From Thermodesulfobacteriota bacterium (lineage in GTDB: Bacteria > Desulfobacterota_D > UBA1144 > Nemesobacterales > Mycalebacteriaceae), in contig OZ242184.1 in the NCBI GenBank assembly GCA_965205855.1, forward strand, positions 448,001 to 512,000: DNA of 64,000 bases, read 5' to 3'. Positions 8,348 to 20,800 of this stretch are shown here, piece after piece. The translations under genes were made by a program, and so were the position numbers. Numbering within the stretch: position 1 is the stretch's first letter; each line of letters begins with the position of its first letter. Below the pieces are notes generated by a model. That model was not told where the DNA came from, ran no database searches, and saw only the letters and a program-made list of their open reading frames with translations.

Positions 8348-8876
8348 TCCCGCGCCCGCGCATTTCCTTCGCACTGTTCAGGGAGATCAATTTGCAAATC
8401 AATCGCCGCAACGCCTTTTGAAGGAACTGTTTCGCCGTCTAACGGCTTTGGTCTTTTGGATTCACGCGTGTGAGATTTGCTTTCTTCGCTCCGTAATGTT
8501 TGCGAACCTTCTCGCTTATTTCGTCCATCTGTTTTCTGTCTGATTGCGTCAAGCGAATTCTGTCGTAGGATTGCCCGGCGCCTTCGTGTTCGGTGAGTTC
8601 GCCGAGGTCGCGTCGGAATCCGGCTTCTCTGAGGATGTTTCTGAGTGTTTTTTAGTCAAATTGTTCCCGAATTGCTACTGCTGTTCAAATCGTCTCAACC
8701 AAAGCCAAAACCGGATCAATTCTAATCGCCTGTTGACAGGCAAAGGAAAACCAAATTCCATTATACACAGGGTTCGGTTTAATGTTCAGGCTTATTGTAG
8801 GACGGGATCGTAAAAGAGGTTCAAGATTTTCTATCTTGAGCGTAGTTTTTATCCTTATAGGGAGCGTGAGGAGTCA

Positions 8877-11800
8877 GTGTTGAAACTCCTCATATTCACC
8901 CTGCTCGGCATGGTTGCGGCCCATGCAGTCGGTGCGGAGGAAGCCGCGCCCCCGGTTGTTCCGCAGTATGAAGTACCCGCCGCCCGCACGGCAGCCGCCC
9001 AAAGCGCCGGCAATCCCGGCGCCGGGCTAAGCACTACTGGCAAATTTGCGGCGCTGGAACTGCGTATTACCGACGGCCCGCAATCTCTTCCGGTCTCCGG
9101 AATGTTCAATAATCCCGGCGGCGGTTCCTTGATTTACACGGCGGTCTCCTCTGAGGCGACGGTCGCAACGGTGAGCATTACCGCAAGCCTCCTGACCATC
9201 ACCCCGCTCGCGGCAGGTACCACCGACATCACCATCACCGCCAGAGATGATGCCGCCGATTTGGAAGTCACGCAGACGTTCCGGGTAACCGCCATCAGCC
9301 TCATCTCACCCGGTGCCAGTATCCCCAATCAACAACTGACATCCTCTGGCGGGCCTCAGACCCTTGATCTCAGCGACTACATCAGCGACCCGCAGGGCAA
9401 CCCCCTATCCTTCACAGCGTCGTCCAATAATTTGACCGCCGCAACAGTGGGCGTCGATGGCAACATCCTGACCATCACCCCGCTCGCACCGGGCACCTCC
9501 ACCATCGCCATCACCGTCAGAAATAGCCCATTCGATGCGGGGGTCACGCTGGACTTCCAGGTGCAGGTCATCAACTTCTCCCCGACCAGCTCCGGCATTC
9601 CAGATCAACAACTGGTATTTGCCGGCCCTACCAAGCTGCTTGATCTCAACGACTACTTCAGCGATACGGAAGGCGATGAACTACGTTACTCGGATGCGGT
9701 TTCCTCTAACCAAGCTGTCGCCACGGTGTTTAAAGGTGATCCTACCAACTTCCTGTTTATCATCCCGACCCCGAACGGCGTCCTGGGCACCACCGACATC
9801 AGCGTTACCGCCAATGATAGATTCGGCGGGACACTCACACAGGTATTCCAGGTGGAAACCACCAACCAGGCCCCAATCAGCTGTTGCACTTTTACAACGA
9901 GTGCCGCGACCGTCGCTGGAGGGCCTGATACCATTGATCTCGATGACTTCTTCAGCGATCCGGATGCGAGTTCGATTCCCGATCATGCCCTGATCTACAC
10001 AGCGGTTTCCGATAATACAGCCGTCGCAACGGCGAGCATCAACGGTAACATCCTGACCATCACCCCGGTCAAAAGAGGTACCGCCAGTGTTACCGTCACC
10101 GCCAGTGATGGCTTTGCGGAAGCCTCGCTACAAATCCTGACGATTGTTAATCCCAGCAACCCCTTCAGCGCCGACGGCATTCCAGATCAAGGACTGGCAC
10201 TTTCCGGTGACCGCAGTGCTCGGACCCTGAATCTCAACAACTACTTCAGCGATCCTGACGGCGACAACCTGGAATATACATGGATCTTACAACCGCGAGG
10301 CACTCAGCCAGTCACCAACGTGAGTCTCTCAGGAAGCATGCTGTCTATCAGCACAAGAGGAGCAAAAAGAGGCTCCGACGCAATAACAATCACCGCCAGC
10401 AAAAGAGCGGGGTCATTGACCAAGACCTCACTACCGTCGTCTTTTAATGTTGTCGTCGACCCAGCAGAACCTCGTCGAACCAGCCCCACCATTGGAGGGC
10501 CATCGAGCCGTCTTTCACTTCATTCTCCTCAAACATTTAACCTCGATGACTACTTCGAAAGTCCTTCTGCTCTGAGCTACACGGCAGCCTCTGTTGATTC
10601 GGGCACAGTGAAAGTGCGCATCGATGGCAGCATGCTGACCGTTACCCCGGTCAGACCAAGCACCAGAGACACTCGTATTATCATCAACGCTACAAATCAA
10701 CTCGGCTCCTTGATTGTCTACGTGTTCGACGTGCGCGTCCCCAACATGGCCCCGATAACAAGGGGAGGGAATCTGGCCTTTAGATTTACTGATACAGATC
10801 AGATATCCTTTAGTAACCATAGCCTTTATTTTACTGACCCTGACGGCGACCCCCTGAGCTACACCACTCGTAGCAATGGCACTAACATAGTCTCTGTCTC
10901 CATCTCTCCCACCACCGGTAATACCCTTTTGCACGCCGAGGGTGTCGGCAACGCAACCATTAGCGTTACTGCCAGCGATCCACTCGGCGCGTCGGTCACG
11001 AGGGTCTTCCCTGCGTCTGTCAGCGGCACCGCCCCAAGGGTCACCGCCCCTATTTTGGAGGGGCCGAACCGGCGCTTCCTGTTGCAGCGTAGTGGTACCG
11101 ATCCTGACAACCAGGTGCGGCTTGATCTCAGCGACTACTTCAGCGATGCCGACGGCGGGCAGCCGATCTACACGGTAGCGCAAAATCCTTCTTTCTTTGT
11201 GAATTCCAGCCTCTCCGGGAACAGGTTCCTGACCATCACGCCGACAGACAAAACAGGTATCACCACCATCACGGTCACCGCCACTGATCGAATCATAAGC
11301 AACCTCAAGGCCACGCAGACCTTCGGGGTGGCAGTCGTCAACGGCAATCCAGTCAGAAACGATACTCCATTTGAACCCGAGGTGACACTTTCTCTCGGGC
11401 CCCAGACCCTTAATCTCGACAACTACTTCAGCGACCCTAATGACGATTCCATATCCTACGAAATGGAATCTATCGAGTCCGATTATGCAACGGTGCGCAC
11501 CGACAGAATCGGTAGAGCAGACAATCTAATCATCACCCCCCTCAAACGCGGAGGGCCTGTGAGATTCACTATCACCGCCCGTGATCCATTTGGCGGGACG
11601 TCCACCCATGAATTAGCGTTCGAAGTTGGCAACGCTGCGCCGGTCAGGATGGGTGGGGTTCCGGCCCTGGTAATGAACCACGGGGATGGCCCACAGAAAC
11701 TGGTTAATATCGACAGCAAATTCTTCGATCATGACGGCGATGACCTGACCTACACAGCAACCCCATCCGGCGCTGGTGGAAACAGCGTGGCAACGGTGGA

Positions 11801-14800
11801 CGTCGATGGCGACATCCTGACCATTACTCCGCTTGCGCGAGGGAGGGTAGATTTCGACATCTTCGCATCGGATGGTCACCGCACATCGGGTGGCGGCCTC
11901 ATCTTATCAAGGCCCCACACCTTATCCCTCAACGTCAAAGCAGCGCCGACCATCGCCGGCACCCCTGCGCTCACGGTGGACGAAGACAGCCCCTATAGCT
12001 TCACGCCAAACGGCGCGGATGCCGATGGCGACCCCCTCATCTATGCCATTGTGAACAAACCCCCCTGGGCCGATTTTGACATCGCCACAGGCGCCCTGAC
12101 CGGCACGCCACTGCACGAACATGTCGGCACCACAACCGGCATCGTGATCAGCGTATCCGAACCCAGCGGGGCGGAGGCGTCCCTGCCAGCCTTTGACATC
12201 ACCGTGATCGATGTCAATAACGCTCCGGAAGGTCGTCCAGTCATCACCGGACTCCTGGCCCCGGGTCAGCTCCTAACGGCGACAACCGATACCATTGGCG
12301 ATGAAGACGGCCTGGGCGCATTCAGTTATCAATGGAACACCAACGACGGCGACACAGACACCGCCATCAGCGGCGCGGACTCAAACACTTACACCCCGAC
12401 AGGAACAGACGTTGGCAAGTCAATCACCGTGACCGTCAGCTACACCGATGGAGAGGATACCCTTGAGCGCGTGACCAGTGAGCCCGTAACCATTGGCGGA
12501 GCAATCATCACGGGCATAGCGAGAGAGGATGAGCCCCTGACGGTGGATGCTTCGAGCATTGACGATGAAAATGGTCTGAACCGCAGGAGATTCTTGTATG
12601 TATGGCTTGCAAGAGGGAGCAGCGGCTTGCCGACTCCCATCTATACTACTGAAGAGGAGGGGAATTCTTACACCCTTACCCAGTCCGAGGTCGGCAAGCA
12701 CATCTACGTTGTGGTCAACCTGCTAAGTGATGATAGCAGTTTGCTTCAGGTATTCAGCAATGAAATTGGCCCCGTGGAGAATGTCAATGATGCGCCGACC
12801 GGCAAGGTAATCGTTAGCGGAGTGCCGATGGAGGACGTGCGCCTAACGGCAACCGTCGATGCCCCTCGCGACGAAATTGGCGATGAAGATGGCCTGGGCG
12901 CGTTCAGTTATCAATGGAACACCAACGACGGCGACACAGACACCGCCATCAGCGGCGCGGACTCAAACACCTACACCCCCACTGAAGCAGACGTTGGTAA
13001 GTTAATCACCGTAACCGTCAGCTACACCGATGGACAGGGGACGCCTGAAAACCTGACCAGTGAGACTGTTGGGCCGATCAGACCTGAGGTGACGGTGTCG
13101 CTCTCGGGGCCTGAAAACCCCGTGACCGAAGGCGACCCGGCGACCTTCACCGTGACCCTGTCAGACTCTTTCGAGGAGGGGAATGAGATAGGGAGTGTGC
13201 TGGCTTTGGTGGTGAACTACGCCACCTCGGTCGCGGCCGGCGATACGGCGGCAGCCACTGATTTCACCGCGACCAGCGGCATGCTGACCTTCGCCGCAGG
13301 CACCACCGAGCTGAGCCAGACCTTCGACGTGCCGGTGGCAACCGACAACCTCGTCGAAGGCGACGAGACCTTCACCGCAACCCTGAGCGCGAACGCCGAC
13401 CCGCTGCCGGCCGGGTTCAGCCTCGGCACGACGACTGCCCAGGCGACCATCGCGGCCAACGCGGGAACCGTGTCGATTGCGGGGCCTGAAAACCCTGTGA
13501 ACGAGGGCGAGGACGCCACCTTCACCGTGACCCTGTCGGGCACCCCCACGGCGGACATCGTGGTGGTGGACTACGCCATTGCGGCGGGCACGGCATTTGC
13601 GAGTGATTTCGGGGCTCCGAGCGGGAGTGGCACGCTGACCTTCCCGGCAGGCGTGACCGGGGACGATCTGAGCCAGACCTTCAGCGTGCCGGTGACTGAC
13701 GACAAGCTGACGGAGGTCGCCCAGACCTTCACCGCAACCCTGAGCGCGAACGCTGCCAGCCCGCTGCCGACCGTCTTCAGCCTCGGCACGGCGACGGCGA
13801 CGGCGACGATTGCGGCGAGCGATGCGGCGACGGTGTCGATCTCGGGCGGCGGCAGTGTGAACGAGGGCGAGGACGCCACCTTCACCGTGACGCTATCGAA
13901 TCCAAGACCTTCTACGGCGGGTCGTGTGTCTGTGGAGTATTTCATTGTGGCAGGGGGCACGGCGACCGAAGGGACGGATTTCACGGTGCCAGGTCCGTTC
14001 TCAAGGGTGCTGATCTTTGTCGTGCCAGTGGGAGAGGACGACCTGACCCAGACCTTCACCGTGCCGGTGGCGGACGATGGACTGGTGGAAGGCGCCGAGA
14101 CCTTCATCGTGGGTTTGCGCGCAACGCCGGTTGACCCTCTGCCAGCGAACGCTACCGTGGACACGGCGACGGCGACGGTGACGATCCAGGCGAGTGACCC
14201 GGCGACGCTATCCATTGCGGACGCCGATCCGGTGGCCGAGGGCGACCCCGCCATCTTCACCGTGACCCTCTCGGGCGGTTCTCCGGGATCGGATGTGGTG
14301 GTGAACTATACCGCCTCGGTCGCGGCCGGCGATACGGCGGAGGCGGCCGATTTCACCGCCCCGGCCAATGATGCCGCGCTGACCTTCACGGCGGGCGTGA
14401 GCGGGAATGACCTGACCCAGGACATCAGCGTGCCGACCACGGACGATAACGAGACCGAGCAGGTCGAAACCTTCACCGTGACCTTGAGGGCACCCAACGC
14501 GGGCTTTCCCGCGGGCATCACCCTGAACTCGTCGGCCACCAGCGCACAAGCGACCATCAAGGCCAGCGATAATGACCCGCCCACCATCAGCGGCACGCCC
14601 GCCACCAGCGTGGCCGAAGACAGCGCCTATAGCTTCACGCCAACCGGCGAAGACGCAGATGGCGACACGCTGACCTTTGCCATCACAAACATGCCGTCAT
14701 GGGCCAGCTTCGACATCGTAACCGGGGCCTTGACCGGCACGCCCGCCAACGCCGATGTCGGCGACTACGAGGACATCGTGATCAGCGTCACCGATGGCAT

Positions 14801-17800
14801 CATCGTCACACCGGTAGCGCTGGCGGCCTTTGACATCGAGGTCACCAACACCAATGACGCGCCGACGATCAGCGGCACGCCCGCCACAAGCGTGGCCGAA
14901 GACAGCGCCTATAGCTTCACGCCAACCAGCGAAGACGCAGATGGCGACCCGCTGACCTGGGCGATCAGCAACATACCTTCATGGGCCAGCTTCGACATCG
15001 CAACCGGGGCCTTGACCGGCACGCCCGTCAACGCCGATGTCGGCAACCACGCGGGCATCGTGATCAGCGTCACCGATGGCATCATCACCACACCGGTCGC
15101 GCTGCCCGCCTTTGCTATCGCCGTCACCAACACCAATGACGCGCCCACCCTCAGCGGCACGCCCGCCACAACCGTGGCCGAAGACAGCGCCTATAGCTTC
15201 ACGCCAACCGGTGCCGACGATGATGGAGACACGCTGACATATGCGATCACAAACATGCCGTCATGGGCCAGTTTCAGCACCACAACCGGGGCCTTGACCG
15301 GCACCCCCGCCAACGCCGATGTCGGCGACTACGAGGGCATCGTGATCAGCGTCACCGATGGCATCATCGCCACACCGGTCGCGCTGCCCGCCTTCGATAT
15401 CGCCGTCACCAACACCAATGACGCGCCGACGATCAGCGGCACGCCCGCCACCAGCGTGGCCGAAGACAGTGCCTATAACTTCACGCCAAGCGGCGAAGAT
15501 GCAGATGGCGACTCGCTGACCTTTGCCATCACAAACATGCCTTCATGGGCCAGCTTCGACACCGCAACCGGGGCCTTGACCGGCACGCCCGCCAACGAGC
15601 ATGTCGGCGACTACGAGGACATCGTGATCAGCGTCACCGATGGCATCATCGCCACACCAGTTGAGCTGCCGGCCTTTGCTATCGAAGTCACCAACACCAA
15701 TGACGCGCCCACCCTCAGCGGCACGCCTGCCACCAGCGTGGCCGAAGACAGCGCCTATAGTTTCACGCCAACCGGCGAAGACGCAGATGGCGACACGCTG
15801 GTATATGCGATCACAAACATGCCGTCATGGGCCAGCTTCAGCACCACAACCGGGGCCTTGACCGGCACCCCCGCCAACGCCGATGTCGGCAACCACGAGG
15901 ACATCGTGATCAGCGTCACCGATGGCATCATCGCCACACCGGTCGCGCTGCCCGCCTTCGATATCGCCGTCACCAACACCAATGACGCGCCGACGATCAG
16001 CGGCACGCCCGCCACCAGCGTGGCCGAAGACAGTGCCTATAGCTTCACGCCAAGCGGCGCCGACGATGATGGCGACAGGCTGACCTTTGCGATCACAAAC
16101 ATGCCTTCATGGGCCAGCTTCGACACCACGACCGGGGCTTTGACCGGCACCCCTGCCAACGAGCATGTCGGCGACTACGAGGACATCGTGATCAGCGTCA
16201 CCGATGGCATCATCGCCACACCAGTTGAGCTGCCGGCCTTTGCTATCGAAGTCACCAACACCAATGACGCGCCCACCCTCAGCGGCACGCCTGCCACCAG
16301 CGTGGCCGAAGACAGCGCCTATAGTTTCACGCCAACCGGTGCCGACGATGATGGCGACACGCTGACATATACGATCACAAACCTGCCGGCATGGGCCGCC
16401 TTCAGCACCACGACCGGGGCCTTGACCGGCACCCCCGCCAACGCCGATGTCGGCAACCACGCGGGCATCGTGATCAGCGTCACCGATGGCATCATCGCCA
16501 CACCGGTCGCGCTACCCGCCTTCAATATCGCCGTCACCAACACCAATGACGCGCCCACCCTCAGCGGCACGCCCGCCACCAGCGTGGCCGAAGACAGCGC
16601 CTATAACTTCACGCCAAGCGGCGAAGATGCAGATGGCGACTCGCTGACCTTTGCCATCACAAACATGCCTTCATGGGCCAGCTTCGACACCGCAACCGGG
16701 GCTTTGACCGGCACCCCTGCCAACGCCGATGTCGGCAACTACGAGGACATCGTGATCAGCGTCACCGATGGCATCATCGCCACGCCAGTAGCGCTGCCGG
16801 CCTTCGATATCGCCGTCACCAACACCAATGACGCGCCCACCCTCAGCGGCACGCCCGCCACCAGCGTGGCCGAAGACAGTGCCTATAGCTTCACGCCAAG
16901 CGGCGAAGACGCTGATGGCGACAGGCTGACCTTTGCGATCACAAACATACCTTCATGGGCCAGCTTCGACACCACAACCGGGGCCTTGACCGGCACCCCC
17001 GCCAACGCCGATGTCGGCACCACCACGGACATCGTGATCAGCGTCACCGATGGCATCATCGCCACGCCGGTCGCCCTCGCAGCCTTCGATATCGCCGTCA
17101 CCAACACCAATGACCCGCCCACCCTCAGCGGCACGCCCGCCACCAGCGTGGCCGAAGACAGCGCCTATAGCTTCATGCCAAGTGCTGAAGACGATGATGG
17201 CGATACGCTGACCTTTGCCATCACAAACATGCCTTCATGGGCCAGTTTCAGCACCACGACCGGGGCCTTGACCGGCACCCCCGCCAACGCCGATGTCGGC
17301 AACTACGAGGACATCGTGATCAGCGTCACCGATGGCATCATCGCCACACCGGTCGCGCTGCCCGCCTTCGATATCGCCGTCACCAACACCAATGACGCCC
17401 CCACCATCAGCGGCACGCCTGCCACCAGCGTGGCCGAAGACAGCGCCTATAGCTTCACGCCAAGCGCTGAAGATGCAGATGGCGACCCGCTGACCTGGGC
17501 GATTACCAACCAACCACCATGGGCCAGTTTCAGCACCACAACCGGCGCCTTGACCGGCACCCCCGCCAACGAGCATGTCGGCGACTACGATGGCATCGTG
17601 ATCAGCGTCACCGATGGCATCATCACCACACCGGTCGCGCTGCCCGCCTTTGCTATCGCCGTCACCAACACCAATGACGCGCCGACCTCAAGCGGGCTGG
17701 CGGTTACGACGCAAGAGGATACCGCCCACAGCTTTACGGCGGGCGAGTTCACCTTTGCCGATGTGGACGGCGATGCCCTGCACAGCCTGCGCATCGACAC

Positions 17801-20800
17801 GCTGCCCGCAACCGGCACCCTGACCCTTGATGGCGCTGCGGTCATCGCCGGGCAGGTGATCCCCGCCGCCGGGATCGCGACCCTCGTCTATACCCCGGCC
17901 GCCAATGCCACCGGCGATGTCAGTTTCAGCTTCAGCCTTTCCGACGGCACCGCCTTTGGCGCAACCGCCACGGCCACCGTCAGCATTACCGCGGAGAATG
18001 ACGCGCCGACCTCAAGCGGGCTGACGGTTACGACCAAAGAGGATACCGCCCACAGCTTTACGGCGGGCGAGTTTACCTTTGCCGATGCCGACGGCGATGA
18101 CCTGCACAGCCTGCGCATCGACACGCTGCCCGCAACCGGCAGCCTGACCCTTGACGGCGCTGCGGTCATCGCCGGGCAGGTCATCCCCGCCGCCGGGATC
18201 GGGACCCTCGTCTATACCCCGGCTGCGAATGCCACCGGCGATGTCAGTTTCACCTTCAGCCTTTCCGACGGCACCGCCTTCAGCGCAACCGCCACGGCAA
18301 CCGTCAGCATTACCGCGGTCAATGATGCGCCCACCACGAGCGGGCTGGCGGTCTCGACAGATGAGGATACCGCCCACAGCTTTGCTGCGGGCGAGTTCAA
18401 CTTTGCGGATGTGGACGGCGATGCCCTGGACAGCCTGCGCATCGACACGCTGCCCGGTAGCGGCAGCCTGACCCTCGACGGCACTGCGGTGACCGCGGGG
18501 GATGTGATCGTTGCCGCTGGTATCGCGAACCTTGTCTATACCCCGGCTGCGAATGCCACCGGCGATGTCAGTTTCACCTTCAGCCTCAACGACGGCACCG
18601 CCTTTGGCGCAACCGCCACGGCGACCGTCAGCATCGGCGCGGTGAATGACGCGCCCACCCTCAGCGGCACGCCCGCCACCAGCGTGGCCGAAGACAGCGC
18701 CTATAATTTCACGCCAAGCGGCGAAGACGCTGATGGCGACCCGCTGACCTGGGCGATCAGCAACATACCGTCATGGGCCAGCTTCGACATCGCAACCGGC
18801 GCCTTGACCGGCACGCCCACCAACGAGCATGTCGGTGACTACGAGGACATCGTGATCAGCGTCACCGATGGCATCATCGCCACGCCGGTCGCGCTGCCCG
18901 CCTTCGATATCGCCGTCACCAACACCAATGACGCCCCCACCCTCAGCGGCACGCCCGCCACAAGCGTGGCCGAAGACAGCGCTTATAGCTTCACGCCAAC
19001 CGGTGCCGACGATGATGGCGACACGCTGACCTGGGTGATCACAAACATGCCTTCATGGGCCACCTTCAGCACCACAACCGGGGCCCTGACCGGCACGCCC
19101 AGCAACGAGCATGTCGGCGACTACGCGAACATCGTGATCAGCGTCACCGATGGCATCATCGCCACACCGGTTGAGCTGCCGGGCTTTGCTATCGCCGTCA
19201 CCAACACCAATGATGTACCCACCCTCAGCGGCACGCCCGACACCAGCGTGGCCGAAGACAGCGCCTACAGCTTCACGCCAACCGGTGCCGACGATGATGG
19301 CGACACGCTGGTATATGCCATCACAAACATGCCGGCATGGGCCAGTTTCAGCACCACAACCGGGGCCCTGACCGGCACGCCGGCCAACGCCGATGTCGGC
19401 GCCCACGAGGGCATCGTGATCAGCGTCACCGATGGCATCATCGCCACACCGGTCGCGCTGCCCGCCTTTGCTATCGCCGTCACCAACACCAATGACGCGC
19501 CTACCCTCAGCGGCACGCCCGACACCAGCGTGGCCGAAGACAGTGCCTATAGCTTCACGCCAACCGGCGAAGACGCTGATGGCGACCCGCTGGAATATAC
19601 GATCACAAACATGCCGTCATGGGCCAGTTTCAGCACCACAACCGGGGCCTTGACCGGCACGCCAGACAACGATGATGTCGGCGACTACGAGGACATCGTG
19701 ATCAGCGTCACCGATGGCATCATCGCCACACCGGTCGCGCTGCCCGCCTTTGCTATCGAGGTCACCAACACCAATGATGCGCCCACCCTCAGCGGCACGC
19801 CTGCCACAAGCGTGGCCGAAGACAGCGCCTACAGCTTCACGCCAAGCGGCGAAGACGTTGATGGCGACACGCTGACATATGCGATCACAAACCTGCCGTC
19901 ATGGGCCAGTTTCAGCACCACAACCGGCGCCTTGACCGGCACGCCCGTCAACGCCGATGTCGGCGACTACGCGGGCATCGTGATCAGCGTCACCGATGGC
20001 ATCATCGCCACACCGGTTGAGCTGGCGGCCTTCGATATCGCCGTCACCAACACCAATGACGCGCCGACGATCAGCGGCACGCCCGCCATCAGCGTGGCCG
20101 AAGACAGCGCCTATAGCTTCACGCCAACCGGCGCCGACGATGATGGCGACACGCTGACCTTTGCCATCACAAACATGCCATCATGGGCCAGTTTCAGCAC
20201 CACGACCGGGGCCTTGACCGGCACGCCCGTCAACGCCGATGTCGGCGACTACGAGGACATCGTGATCAGCGTCACCGATGGCATCATCACCACACCGGTC
20301 GCGCTGCCCGCCTTCGATATCGCCGTCACCAACACCAATGACGCGCCCACCTCGATCGGGCTGACGGTCTCGACAGAAGAGGATACCGCTCACAGCTTTG
20401 CGGCAGGCGAGTTCAACTTTGCGGATGTGGACGGCGATGACCTGGACAGCCTGCGCATCGACACGCTGCCCGCAACCGGCACCCTGACCCTCGACGGCAC
20501 TGCGGTGACCGCGGGGGATGTGATCCCCGCCGCCGGGATCGCGAACCTTGTCTATACCCCGGCCACCAATGCCACCGGCGATGTCACCTTCACCTTCAGC
20601 CTCAACGACGGCACCGCCTTTGGCGCAACCGCCACGGCAACCGTCAGCATCGGCGCGGTGAATGACCCGCCGACCACGAGCGGACTGACGGTCTCGACCC
20701 AAGAGGATACCGCCCACAGCTTTGCGGCAGGCGAGTTCAACTTTGCGGATGTGGACGGCGATGACCTGGACAGCCTGCGCATCGACACGCTGCCCGCAAC

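Noticed and set aside
9200-9230. Spacer-pair peptide LPLAAGT resembles adhesin TPLAAGT (possible self-targeting)
   Set aside because: Only about 15 of 27 nt match, with mismatches in the seed; not a credible target.
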